DNA of 63,897 nucleotides, filler included, from Barthelona sp. PAP020 (GCA_040182905.1; 4 parts of 4 records of this genome joined end to end with filler, not necessarily neighbours in it); one strand, 5' to 3'; shown: positions 20,261 to 32,343, counted from the first letter of the whole stretch. The notes: generated from the sequence alone by a model not told the origin. Made by a program: numbers and translations.

Positions 20261-23200
20261 ATGATTGATAATCAAAAAAACCCAGAGTTCATCGTCAATC
20301 ATGTGAAGAAAGCAAAAAAAACAGAAAAAATTTTGGAAAACTTTCAAGAAATCAAGAACATTCAATGCTACTCATTTTCAAAAATTAAATTAAATCTTTA
20401 CCGATTTTTTTGTTTATTTACTGGAGGACTTTTATATCTGACGGGTAATTGGTTCCCAAAGCTGTATTTGAAACTGACTTGCAAAAGAATTTTGAGTTCC
20501 CATGAATTGAAATGTAATGATAAAGTTATTTTTAATGATATGAGTAATCCCACGAAGGTTCATTTGTGCACAATTAAAAAAAAAGAAAAGTTTGATCTTT
20601 TGTTCTTTGAACATAATTATTTAAAATTCTTTTTCTTCAATGATATAAAAACATACACAAGCAATAGAGATGCATATCTAGATTTTGATGATTGGATAGT
20701 GTTTGGAGATTCAATTCAATTTGCTCTACCACATCTTAATTTATGTTGCCCTCCTTTAGAAATATACAAAAAATACATTCATGGCTTGAAACAAAATGAA
20801 GCAAGTCAATTGAATGAATTCTTTGGTGAAAATTTTGTTAGAATTCCAGAGATTTCATGGTTTTCCTTGCTAATTTCTGAGACACTAAACCCTTTTTACA
20901 TTTTCCAAGTGTTTTCAATAATACTTTGGTATTTTGACAAATATTATTATTACGCTTTCTGCATATTTCTTATTTCTTGCATCTCAATATTTATTGAGTC
21001 TCATGAGACATTAAAGCAACGAAAGAAATTAGTAAAAATGATGGCCACAAAATCAGAATTGATTATGGTGTTCAGAAATGGCAGCTACAACCATATCCAA
21101 TCTTCTCATCTAGTTCCAGGAGATGTCTTCAAGTTGGAGGCAAAACAATCAATCAACTGTGATGCTGTAATGATAAAAGGAAAATGCATTGTTGATGAAT
21201 CAAGCATCACAGGAGAAAGCATTCCTTCAACAAAGACATGTTTGCAACTTGAAGAAGCATTTAATTTCAATGCTCACAACAATAGAAGGCATACAATTCA
21301 ATCTGGTAGTGAAATAATTGCAGTGTCCAACGACTGTTTGTGTCTAGTGTCAAAAACAGGTTGGAGCTCTTCAAAGGGGCAATTATTGTTGACTCTTCTA
21401 TTTCCTCAAGAAACAGACAGCCAATTTGAAAAGGATTCTCATACATTTATTGGTGTAATGTTTATAATTGCAATTGTGGGAGCAATTTATACCATTTTCT
21501 CATTAAAAAAAAAGAATTTTTCTCAAAAAGAAACAATACTGCGAGGTTTAGATTTGATCACGACTGTAATACCTCCATCTTTACCTGCCGCGTTGACTAT
21601 TGGAATCTCCTTTAGCATGAGTCGTTTAGGAAAGTATGGAATATTCAGCATTGCTCCAAATCATATCAGACATGCCGGTCTATCAGAAGTTTGTTGTTTT
21701 GACAAAACGGGCACACTTACAGAAGACAGTCTAAAGGTAGCTGGATGCTATATCACAACGACAGTCATTGGTTTATCCAATAATATGCTTGACATCACTC
21801 CTTATATTCTTGTTGAAGCAAATGATGCGATGTTAGCCGTTTTTCATTCTTGTCACGGGTTAGAGTTATTAGGTGAAGACTTATTGGGCGATCCTCTTGA
21901 CCTTATGATAGTCAATGATTTACACACACCTGTAAAGGAATTGAATAATATGCTTGTTGTTGGAAATTATCAGTTGATGAAAAGGTGGGTATTCAGTTCG
22001 AAACTCCAACGAGTCACTTCAATGGCTTTGGATAGAACAGATAATTCAATATGGATATGTTCAAAGGGATCACCAGAAAGAATTATGGAAATCGTGCAAA
22101 AGAAAAGCATTCCTTCAAATTGGTCTTTACTTTTGGGGGAACTAACAAATAAAGGTCTACGAGTTCTTGGGTGTGCCGCAAGAAAATTTAAATATTCGGC
22201 AAAAGATCGATTGATAGAAATGAGTCGACCAGAATTGGAAAGTGAACTTGATTTTGTGGGATTTATTGTGTTTGAAAATAGGTTGCGTCAGGAAAGTCAA
22301 ACAGTAATATCACAATTACAAAATGCAGCAATTTCTGTCCGTATGGTTACGGGGGACAATGTTAAAACTGCCATAGCAGTGGCGAGAAACTGTGGAATGC
22401 TACAAACAAACAATAAATTGTTTATATCAGAAATGAGGAATGGAATTGTTGAGTTTGTTTTAGAAAATGGTTCAAAACACCTTGACATACTGGATATCTT
22501 TGAAAAGAAAAGAATTCAAAAGGAAGGAAATCAAAATAAACAATACAAATCAGAGAAAACTCTTTCTGATCCTTCAAAAATTGTGAATCTCCCTTTTGAT
22601 GGTTTGGCAAATTTGGAAAAAGATCAACTGGAAGTTGATGCGCAAAATTCCCCGCTTCTACAACAAAAACAACAAAAAGAACCAATAGAGTTTAGAAACA
22701 TATCCATTAAGTCAAATAGAGTGCCCAGGGATTTTTCCATCGCAATAACTGGAGACTGTTTCAAAAGTATCTTCAAAGGAATTTCAAAAAAACAGCAAAT
22801 GCAATTAAATCAAAAGTTGGATCAGCAAACTGATAATTCTTTGGCTTGTTCAAACCCTGCTGCTAATTTTGAGATTTCAAATGAGGAAGACATTGAAAAC
22901 AATGAGAGGAATCAAAAAGCTGAAGATTATCCAGACTTTTGTATTGAATATCAAAAACTTATTCTTCAAAAATGCCTAATTTTTGCAAGAATGACACCAG
23001 ATGACAAAGAAATGCTCCTGAAAAACCTCAAAAACTCAGTAATGATTGGTGATGGTGCAAATGATTGTGGTGCATTAAAGGCAGCAAGTGTTGGTGTTTC
23101 TCTTTCAAAAACTGAAGCCTCAACTGCAGCCCCATTCACCTCTAATAATACTTCTCCTGCTGCTGTAATACAATTGATTCGTGAAGGTCGTTCAGCTCTT

Positions 23201-23848
23201 GTAACCTCCTTTCAAGTGTTTAAATTCATGGAATTTTACTCTTTCCTTGAATTTTTCACAGTAATAATGCTTTATCGAGTGGGATCAAATTTAGGAGATT
23301 GGCAATACTTGTATGTAGATACAATTGTCATTTGGCCCCTTACTGTAGCTATTTCTAAATCAAAAACAGCAAAAATAATTGGCAAAGAGAAACCAGAGGC
23401 ATCCTTAGTTTCTAAATATCTTCTTGGATCTCTTGTTGGTCATGTTATTCTGTTTTCCTTCAGTCAAATTTTTATTCTCTCTTTGTTGACAAAACAATCA
23501 TTCTACACACCATTTCTACCAACAAGCAAAAATGAACTGACATCCTTGGAAAACACTACTCTCTTCCTGTTTAGTAATTTTCAGTATGTTTGCATAGCAT
23601 TGGCAATAACAAATGGGTCACCTTTCAAAAAGTCTATCTTTTCAAATTCTTTTTTGATTTTTTCCAGTCTGAGTTTGATTGCGATGAATATGTACTTATT
23701 GTTTAATCCTTGTTCATTTTTCAAAAAAATGTTTATTCTTGTAGATTTACCTTTTAGTTGGATGATCGTAATTGTATGTTTCAGTGTTGGTTATCTTCTT
23801 ATTGCCTTAATTTTCGAAAAAATATTTGTGGAAAAATTCTTTTGCTAA
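20261..23848 (+). CDS. P5B-type P-type ATPase (ATP13A2/Ypk9-like)
   Basis: LNPFYIFQVFS, DESSITGES, PPSLPAAL (P5 PPxLP), FDKTGTLTED, KGSPE, TGDN, GDGANDCGALKAA, LIREGRSALVTSF. Confidence 0.95.
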   Translation: MIDNQKNPEFIVNHVKKAKKTEKILENFQEIKNIQCYSFSKIKLNLYRFFCLFTGGLLYLTGNWFPKLYLKLTCKRILSSHELKCNDKVIFNDMSNPTKVHLCTIKKKEKFDLLFFEHNYLKFFFFNDIKTYTSNRDAYLDFDDWIVFGDSIQFALPHLNLCCPPLEIYKKYIHGLKQNEASQLNEFFGENFVRIPEISWFSLLISETLNPFYIFQVFSIILWYFDKYYYYAFCIFLISCISIFIESHETLKQRKKLVKMMATKSELIMVFRNGSYNHIQSSHLVPGDVFKLEAKQSINCDAVMIKGKCIVDESSITGESIPSTKTCLQLEEAFNFNAHNNRRHTIQSGSEIIAVSNDCLCLVSKTGWSSSKGQLLLTLLFPQETDSQFEKDSHTFIGVMFIIAIVGAIYTIFSLKKKNFSQKETILRGLDLITTVIPPSLPAALTIGISFSMSRLGKYGIFSIAPNHIRHAGLSEVCCFDKTGTLTEDSLKVAGCYITTTVIGLSNNMLDITPYILVEANDAMLAVFHSCHGLELLGEDLLGDPLDLMIVNDLHTPVKELNNMLVVGNYQLMKRWVFSSKLQRVTSMALDRTDNSIWICSKGSPERIMEIVQKKSIPSNWSLLLGELTNKGLRVLGCAARKFKYSAKDRLIEMSRPELESELDFVGFIVFENRLRQESQTVISQLQNAAISVRMVTGDNVKTAIAVARNCGMLQTNNKLFISEMRNGIVEFVLENGSKHLDILDIFEKKRIQKEGNQNKQYKSEKTLSDPSKIVNLPFDGLANLEKDQLEVDAQNSPLLQQKQQKEPIEFRNISIKSNRVPRDFSIAITGDCFKSIFKGISKKQQMQLNQKLDQQTDNSLACSNPAANFEISNEEDIENNERNQKAEDYPDFCIEYQKLILQKCLIFARMTPDDKEMLLKNLKNSVMIGDGANDCGALKAASVGVSLSKTEASTAAPFTSNNTSPAAVIQLIREGRSALVTSFQVFKFMEFYSFLEFFTVIMLYRVGSNLGDWQYLYVDTIVIWPLTVAISKSKTAKIIGKEKPEASLVSKYLLGSLVGHVILFSFSQIFILSLLTKQSFYTPFLPTSKNELTSLENTTLFLFSNFQYVCIALAITNGSPFKKSIFSNSFLIFSSLSLIAMNMYLLFNPCSFFKKMFILVDLPFSWMIVIVCFSVGYLLIALIFEKIFVEKFFC

Positions 23849-24374
23849 CAATGTAATTTTGCTTTTCCTGTTTCATTTTTTGCATCTAAAACTTCAGGTA
23901 AAATTGTATTTTCCTTCAAATTAAGCAGTTGTCAAAAAAAATTTGTGTTATCAAAATTTGAAATCAATACATTTTGTTTTTCATTGAAAATTTTCCAAAA
24001 TTTTACCAAATTTGACACAATTAAATGGAAATTGATTGATAAATAATAAACTTTAACAAGTATTTTGTGTCGAAGCACTGATAAAGAGGGAATCTTTCAG
24101 TTTCAAGGCCTTTCTTTGAAGTATGTCCACAACAGTATTCTATCCTATGCTAGTGTGTATAAATTAATTTCAAATTTAAAACTAGAAATTATGAAAGCTA
24201 TGTTCTTTGTAGAATTTGTTAAGAAATCAGAAGATTTCCTGAATTTTACCTCTTAAGGTTAAAATTTTGAAGAGTGATATGGTATTATTACATCTTTTAT
24301 GGAAAGAAACAAGAGTTGAATTTTTTTGGGAAAGTGATGGAATTGTGAATTTTCTTTTCATTTTTTCTTGCCTA

Positions 24375-26108
24375 ATGAGTGATTCGAGTATTGTAGTTGA
24401 GGAATATATAGACGAATTTAAATATTTACAAAGTTTTGATGAGTTTAAGGATTATTTGTCCGAAAATAAAAAAAAAGTCATTACCTGCTCTCGTTCACCA
24501 AACGAAAGTATTTTAATAGTTGCATGCAATGATAAATCAGTGTACTTGTGCAATTTAAAACCATTTAAAGTTGAGCCATTTGGTGATGAAACTGATTTCT
24601 TAATTTGTGCCATTTCATTTAAGGATGATTCTAATTTTGCTTTGTGCTTTGAAGATGGATCAGTTTTGTTGTATGATGATATTTGGAAGTTGCAAGCTAA
24701 AGAGAAGTTTGATATTCCGTTTAACGAAAAGAATGTAAAAGAAAATGAAAATGTCGTTTTCTGCTTTTCAATTTATTGTGATGAAGCGCAGATTTTATGT
24801 ACCTTTGCTTTTGAAAAATTTTATCTTAGAGATTTTTGTTCGGATAAGGGGAATTGTGAGACTGAAATAGTTGATATAGAGTACGAAAACAAACAAAAAA
24901 AAAAAATCATCGAACAAATTTTAAAGAATGGTAAAATGGTTAAAGAATATTTTCCCAATGATTTTGACGCATATGTTGATCAATTGGTTTCTTTTTCCAA
25001 AAAAAATCAAAATATAATTGATTTTGTCTATGAAGAAAATGGGGATTGTGTTGATTTTCTTTTGTACTTGATAAGAAGAGGTGTTTGGGCAAATTCTGAA
25101 GAAGTCAATGCGTTAAAAAAGAAAGGAGTTTTGAATGATTCAATTATTGAAGATAATCATAAAAATAATGGAAGCTTTAAGTTTTCCAGTTTTGTACCAT
25201 TGTTTGAAGGAAATGTTCTAGTGTACAAACATGATGATATAATAGAAAAGAATGAAATTGGGATGTTAAATGAATATTTGAAAAATAACAAGTGCGAAGT
25301 TCAATTAAAATTGAAAGAATTTCCCGATAGTCTTTTTTCAGTGAATTCAAGCATTAAATCAGCTCAAAAAAAATATCCTATTGTTAAAAACATTATTCAA
25401 ATAAAATCAATCCAAAATTTTGATAATTTTGAGCAAAATTTGGAGGCATGCTTGAATTGGCTTGAACAATTCAACAATTTAATTTCACTTGATTTTGAAA
25501 AATTTGATGACACTTTTGGAAATTCTTTGGACGAATGCAAAGATAATATGTTAAAATGGAATTGTGAAACTATTTTTCAAAAGCTTGAAAGATTTAGACA
25601 TTATGACGTAGAATTTCAAAACAGCTTTTTTGAAATACGTCAACATTTTGAAAATAATCCATTCAAATTTGATCATGACAGTTTTGAAACGTTTGAAAAG
25701 AAATTTAATGATATCGTGGATGAAGAATTTGCTAGAAATAAATTTTGCCATGTGATTGAAGTTCAAAATGATTTCAATGAATCAAAAAAAAATTTCTTTG
25801 ACAAAGTAAAATCACATTACTCTTGTTTTGAAAATGCAAACGACAAAATTAACGAAATTGTAAAAAATTGCGAGAAATCATCAAATCTTTTGCTGGAGTT
25901 TGAAGATTTTTTTGAAGCCTATCAAAATTTAGAACCAACTTTAGAAGATTGGTTAGTATGTCTTCAAAATTTGGAAAAAGATGAAAAAGAACAAAAAAAT
26001 ATTGAAAATAAACTTTTGAAGTACAAACAAAATATTCCAAAATACTATTATTGTGAAGTTTACAACAACATAAAAAGCCACAGCAAAGATGAAAATGTTT
26101 CAAATTGA
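24375..26108 (+). CDS. Hypothetical protein: N-terminal WD40-like beta strands, C-terminal helical/coiled-coil region
   Basis: Long ORF; ITCSRSPNESILIVACNDKSVYL and ICAISFKDDSNFALCFEDGSVLLY look like WD-type blades. The start is uncertain. Confidence 0.65.
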   Translation: MSDSSIVVEEYIDEFKYLQSFDEFKDYLSENKKKVITCSRSPNESILIVACNDKSVYLCNLKPFKVEPFGDETDFLICAISFKDDSNFALCFEDGSVLLYDDIWKLQAKEKFDIPFNEKNVKENENVVFCFSIYCDEAQILCTFAFEKFYLRDFCSDKGNCETEIVDIEYENKQKKKIIEQILKNGKMVKEYFPNDFDAYVDQLVSFSKKNQNIIDFVYEENGDCVDFLLYLIRRGVWANSEEVNALKKKGVLNDSIIEDNHKNNGSFKFSSFVPLFEGNVLVYKHDDIIEKNEIGMLNEYLKNNKCEVQLKLKEFPDSLFSVNSSIKSAQKKYPIVKNIIQIKSIQNFDNFEQNLEACLNWLEQFNNLISLDFEKFDDTFGNSLDECKDNMLKWNCETIFQKLERFRHYDVEFQNSFFEIRQHFENNPFKFDHDSFETFEKKFNDIVDEEFARNKFCHVIEVQNDFNESKKNFFDKVKSHYSCFENANDKINEIVKNCEKSSNLLLEFEDFFEAYQNLEPTLEDWLVCLQNLEKDEKEQKNIENKLLKYKQNIPKYYYCEVYNNIKSHSKDENVSN

Positions 26109-26869
26109 ACACATTGCTTTTCATTTTTTCTTTTGAATTTGTGTGATCCTCAAAAAAGACAAACTTACTATTTTTGTGAGTTTTCAGTCAATTGTTATGG
26201 ATCCTTTTTTTTTAAAAAAAAAATCATTTTGCTCACATTTCTTCTTCTTTTATTTTTCTCAAATGAATAAATAAAAACCTAAAATTTGGAAAATTTCCGT
26301 TGGCTAATCAATAAATCTCAATATTTATTCATGCGAGAAAAAACCGAATCTATTGTAATCGCCCTTGAATTTGAAACCCGTTTGCAGGATTTTTGAAAAA
26401 AAGGCAGTAAAGTTTCATCTTAATTAATTAAAATTAATTGTTGTTCATTTCTTGTGGTTGTTGAGAGTAATTGGAAAGAGTGTACATTTGTGACACAAAT
26501 TTGGAAAAAATTATCAGTCTCAATGACTCTTCTTCTTTCTCAAGAAAACAGTTCAAATAAAAGTTAAGATAAAAGACTTGAGATTTTTTTGTTGTTGTTT
26601 TCAACACATTTTTGTGTTTATTTTGTTTGTTAAAGTGCTTTCTTTGAACCAATACACACACCATTTTAAGTTTTCCTCTTTCTTTGCATTCTTACACAAA
26701 ATTGTGTCAATTTAAAAGATCAAAAGATTGCTTTTTGAACAAAATAAATGATTCAAATAATCATATGAGCTTTTTACACCATGTGTGTATTGATATACAG
26801 CCTTTTTAAATTGAAGAAAGTTATTTGGAAATTCCAATCATTTAAATGATGTGTGAGATTTAAAAAAAC

Positions 26870-27123
26870 ATTTTCATAAATAAGACATGTATAACACCTA
26901 GACAGGATAGCTGTTGCGAAACAACCATCACTTGGAAATTTTAACAAAAGTTAAAAGTTTTCAGGATCTCAAATGTGGGTATAAATGGCAACAACAATAA
27001 TTCCTCACTTTGTGAACATTTAATTTAATTCTTTTGTCTCAATCTTTTCTTTTAGGCACGAAACATCCCAGAATCTTCTTTCTGGGCAAATTTCAAACCA
27101 TCTCATACCCAACACAATGGGTT
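26870..27123 (+). repeat. Dispersed repeat family D, copy 1 (diverged)
   Basis: Two blocks (ttttcataaataagacatgtat; aacatcccagaatctt...aaaccat...tacccaacacaatgggt) recur in the same order and with similar spacing at 31828-32100. Confidence 0.65.
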
Positions 27124-27339
27124 TTCCTTCAAATGGAAATTGTCTAAATACACTCAAAAATTAATTATTCAACACTACAATAATACAAGCCATCTGAAAC
27201 AGGAAATTTCTTTAGCTTTATAATATTAGGTGAGTAACATTATAGATCTTGAATTTTTATGCTTATTATTTAAAATCATCTCTGTTTAAAAACAAAAAAA
27301 CACCATTTTTACATTTCCAAGTTTTTATTTCATCAGAAT

Positions 27340-30300
27340 TCAAACTGATTGCGTTTTTGTAAACATTTGCAAAAGCAGTTGACTTAAATCAGTTTTTTTA
27401 CTTTCAGAAATATGAACTTTGGCATCTTCAATTGTTTGTACAGTTATTAAATTCTCAAAGCCAGAAATATTTGTTTCCAAGCATCTGATCATCCCAATTT
27501 CATTTTTTTCAGCCTTTACCATGTTTAAAAAGATTTCATTTATTTCATTTTCGTTTTCAACTTTAAAATCATCATCTTCTAAAAGAGTTTTGACTGCCTT
27601 CAAACTGCCATTCTTGGTAGCTTCTTTCAATGAATTCAACAACAGTTTCTTGAAATATTTATTTGTGACACAAATATTATACCCTGACCTACAAAAAACT
27701 ACGCTTTTTTCATCCTCCAAAGTACGCTCAACACCATCAATTCTATATCCATTTCCTTTGACAGTTATTTGTAACAATAATTCAATGACATCAATTGAAT
27801 CATAAATAGAGGCAAAATCTAAATAATTAAATTGCCGATTTTTTCCTCCTTTTGACTCATATTTTATGGGAATGTCCAATTCCATTAACAATTTGAATTT
27901 TTCCACGTTATTTTCACAGGCAGCTACATGTAAAATATTCATATGATCATCAGAACATGCACGAATGAATCTTTTTGCCTTTGTTTTTGCAAATTTTTTC
28001 AAAACATTTTTCTTTTGGTTTTTCAAAGCAAAATTTATGCATTTCAAAAAAGAATCATTACTTAATTCAAAATTCTTCTCCTCAGTCAATGACAAACAAT
28101 ATTCAATTGATTTCATATGTTGTTCTTCGCAAGCTTTGAATAAAGCTTTCCCCAAATCAAATGAAACTTTTTTCTTCTCTGAATGCTTCACTAAGAACTT
28201 CAACAATCTCAAATCATCAACAACATGATAGATTAAATCACAACTATTTTCATCTTTTACGTTCAAAAAAAATTCAATTTTATCTTTGTTATTCTCAAAA
28301 ATCAAATTCAAAATTTTTAACATCAAAGTCCTTCGATTGATATCCTTTACACACTGCAATATTGGTGAATTTTCATCCAAAGAAATAATCGCATTCGCAT
28401 ATATCAAATATTTAATTATTCCAATGTGCCCAGATTGAATTGCATAATTTAAAGGTCGATACCCTTTTTCGTTTTTTTTGTCAATGTCAACTGTTTGTCT
28501 GAAGCAAAATATGAATAATTTCCAATTCACTGCAACAAAGGAGAGCAAAAATTGTTGATCAATATCATAATAAAAGCACTTTTGGTTAAATTCATCAAAA
28601 TTTATCTTTGAAAATTTTTCTTCTTTTTCTTTTGCATAGTTTAATGTTCTTTTCATTTCTTTATCATCAATTGTGTCAATATTTCTTTTGGGATCAAGTT
28701 TAGCACCATAAACATGGAGAAATTTTATCGCACAATAATTTCGTTTTTCTTTTTGTTTTTCGTTCAATTGAAGGGTGATAGCTGCTTCCAATGGTGTGTT
28801 TAAAGGTGTTGTTGCATCTTCATCCCAGTTTTGGTTAATATCAGCGCCAACATTTCTCAACAATTTTAATAAATCTCGATCATGCACACAATAATGAATC
28901 GCACTTTTATTTTCCTTATTTTTAGCATTCACATTCACATTATTTTGGAAGAAATATTTCAATACTAATATCACATTTTTTTTAGCTATCATTTTTTCTT
29001 CATCTTTAGCGTTCTGAAATGTTTTCAACAAACATACTAGGGGAGTATCACCGTCATTATTTTTTTTTTCAAACAAAGATTCATCCTTCAAAATTTTTTT
29101 AAAAATGTTAAATTTGTCAACAATCAGTTTAATATTTTTCACACACAAATGCAAACCGGTATTTTCATTATCATCAGTTCTTGTTAAATCTATCAGTTCA
29201 TTCTTTATCAAATACTCTAATACCTCCCATTTAAACTCAGTTCTGTTCTCATCCATGGCATAACAAAGGAAAGAACTTATTTTATCAGAATTTTCTTCTT
29301 CTAATTTACATCCTTTGTCAACCATTAATTTAACCAGTTCAATGTCATCTTCAACACAGGCCAATTGTAAAAGTGTATTTTTTTGATCAACCAAAAAATT
29401 ATTCAACTTTTTAACACCACATGAATCAATTAAAACTTTGGCAAAATTCATTCTGTTTGGTTGATCTTTGTTCAAAATCACATCTCTAAAAGGCAAATCA
29501 CACAAATATTCGGTGCAATTCAAATCATTATCATCAATAATTAATGCTTTTATAAAATGAAAAGAACCCATTTGAAAGGCAAATTTTTTTTTTTTTTTAA
29601 TGGGCAAATTCCTAATTTCGATTTAAAGTTTACTTTGACCTTATAAGTTAATAATAAATCAAATATTACCATATTTTTCTTTAAAATTGCGTTGTTTAAT
29701 GAATGACAGACATAATTATTTTCATTAAAATTAATATTTAAAACAATTGCCTTTTTAAGTAAAAATTCAACCATTTTATGATTATTACTCTGGACTGCAT
29801 GCAAAATTAATTTTCCTAAATCAAACGGACATTTAGAATTGTTGAATTCAATGATTTGATTCAATAATTCCTCAAATATATGAAAATCTTCTGTTTTAAC
29901 TGCTGTTTCTAGTAAAAATTCACTGCTTTCCATCATATCCAAAGCAATTTTATCCCGAGATAATAATTCTCTAATTGTTGTAAGATCTTTTTTACATATT
30001 GCTTCAAATAAAGCTCTTTCACATGGTTGATCCATTCTTTTACTTCCATTAATTTCGTCAAACAAATATTTTAAAACTTCAAAATTTTTTCCCCTTATTG
30101 CTTCCATTAACAAATCATCCAAAAATGAATAATATTGATCACCTTTTGTGTCCACATGAACCGAATTTATAAATACCTTCAATACTTCAATATTTCCATT
30201 AATAACAGCCAAATTCAATTCATTTTTGTAATTATAAACAAGATTATCTGCATGCATTTTATTATTGCCCAACTTTTTCTTAATCAATAAACCCATCCCA

Positions 30301-31226
30301 AATTTACTGGCATTTTCAATAATGTTGGAATCTATATCATCATTTTCAGCAAAATGATAAATTATCAGATCCAACCAAACTTTGATGAAATCCTTTTTTG
30401 GACGGTTTATTGGATTATCATCAAGACATTTACTGATAAATTTATATGTAGGAATCAAATGTGAAACATATCCAATATCACAGTGAATAGAATTCAAAAA
30501 ATCGTATTGTTCTAAAATCTTGTTGGGATCATTCATCATCTGAACAAACAAATATCCAAATGCATATGATTGTTTGCTTTCTTTTGTCTCAGATTCATGT
30601 GTCAATCCAACCCTTTGACAAAAATCTTCCAAAATTCTTTCATTTGATGCATCAAACAAAGTTTTATCCGCCCAGTGCCGCATTAGCATAAGCATGTCAC
30701 GATAATTTTCTCTTTTTAAAAAAAAATTGGGGATAACAAATGCTGGATTATTCTTCAACATTAATTCAAAAGTGGTTTCGGAAGCAAAATCAAACAATTT
30801 TCTCAAAAAAGATGAACTTTCTTTTAACTTATCTTGAAATGAAGATAAATCTATTGATTGCTTATTTTTCAATTTATCTAGGGTGTCTTCAACAACAGTT
30901 TGATTTTCTTCAATTTCATTTTTAAACCTTTCTAATTCACCATTTGAAGTTAACTCAACCAGTCCTTTATAATGTCTGTTTACATCAATTAACTTGTTTT
31001 CTTCTATAATTGAGGTGTCTTGTTTGACCTCAAGATTGCCTTTGTTGTCACTAAAAGTTTCCTTTAAAAAAATCGCAATTTTCACAATAAAATTCCAAAG
31101 CTTTCTCAAAAACTCAAAAATACGATCAATTTTGTCGCAAAGCACATAGATTGAACAATCTTCTGAGAAGATAAAGTCTAAAAATTTCAATATTAGACTC
31201 CCAACTGTTATTGCCTCTATTACCAT
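27340..31226 (-). pseudogene. One large ankyrin-repeat gene (helical N-terminus, kinase C-lobe remnant, many ankyrin repeats) split by a frameshift in an A15 run; pseudogene or homopolymer assembly error
   Basis: ORFs 29550-31253 and 27340-29607 overlap at T15 (29584-29598). Joining them gives ...KLGICPL[K]FAFQMGSFHFIKALI, a complete ankyrin repeat. Other repeats: ENTGLHLCV, GDTPLVCL, GYRPLNYAIQSG, MNILHVAA. Confidence 0.8.
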
Positions 31227-31531
31227 CAAATAATAAGTGAGTTTTTCACACAAATGCGGTTATTTGGTCAAAAAATAATAAAAAGAGAGTTGTTTCGAAG
31301 GTGATTATTTTTTCCAAATCGAAATTTTCTGTTCTTCCTTTTATCACTCAATAAGAAACTTTACCATAAATTCCTTCAAAATTTTTGACCTTTTACAAAT
31401 CCATTTGAAAAAAAAAAATTTAAAAATCGTAGCTTTCTGGCTCTTTTGAAGAATTGACACTGCAATATTGTTCACACATCCATAGCCCTGCCCCCTCGGC
31501 TGGACGGTCAATGAAAAAAAAGAGTTATTAC

Positions 31532-31665
31532 TGAGAGGTTCCTGAAAGAAAAGCATCCCCCGAAAAGAATAAAGATTAAGGTTTATTATTTATTAGTCAA
31601 CTGAGATTCTCAGTCTCTGATTTGATAAAGTTCTGGAAAGGGTTCGTACAAGAAGAAAATAAAAA
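31532..31665 (-). repeat. Dispersed repeat family C, copy 2
   Basis: Reverse complement aligns with 16285-16420. Confidence 0.85.
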
Positions 31666-31827
31666 GAAAGAAAGTGTTTAAAATATTCAAAAGAAAGGGC
31701 AACCTGCTAATTTTTCAAAACTTTGCACTTTATGGAACAACACTGTCGCTTCATGATGAAACAAACAAAGAAAACGGAATACACCTATATATTCGAATAA
31801 AAGTAAAATGTAAAGATTTTTCGGACA

Positions 31828-32100
31828 TTTTCAAAAATAAGACATGTATGACCCACGCAGAAGATATTAGATGAGAAAGGAGGAGTATCATATAAGAAGT
31901 CAATCAAAAGTGCAGAAAAGTCGAGAAGCTAATCTCAAACACACAAGGGAAAGTGACCTCCTGATCTTCTTACTTTAAGAAGCTTTGAATTTAATCCTCG
32001 TGGTCACATTTTTTTTTTTTTTTTTTTTTTTTTGACAGATAACGTCCCAGAATCTTTTTCCTCGAAATTTTCTAACCATGGTGTACCCAACGTAATGGGT
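31828..32100 (+). repeat. Dispersed repeat family D, copy 2, with an internal long poly-T tract
   Basis: ttttcaaaaataagacatgtat and aacgtcccagaatctt...taaccat...tacccaacgtaatgggt match 26870-27123. Confidence 0.65.
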
Positions 32101-32116
32101 CAACATAAAAAATAAA

Positions 32117-32216
32117 NNNNNNNNNNNNNNNNNNNNNNNNNNNNNNNNNNNNNNNNNNNNTTAATTAATTAANNNNNNNNNNNNNNNNNNNNNNNNNNNN
32201 NNNNNNNNNNNNNNNN
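32117..32216. other. Artificial contig linker (N44-TTAATTAATTAA-N44)
   Basis: Same structure as 16083-16182. Confidence 0.97.
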
Positions 32217-32343
32217 GGTTTATTTTATTAACTAACGAATCAAATAATCCTGAGTACCAGCATCTCGGAATTTAAGGAATAACAAAAGGGGAAAAGTTCC
32301 CTCGGAAAAATAAAATATCTTTTTTCTCATTTACATTAATTTC

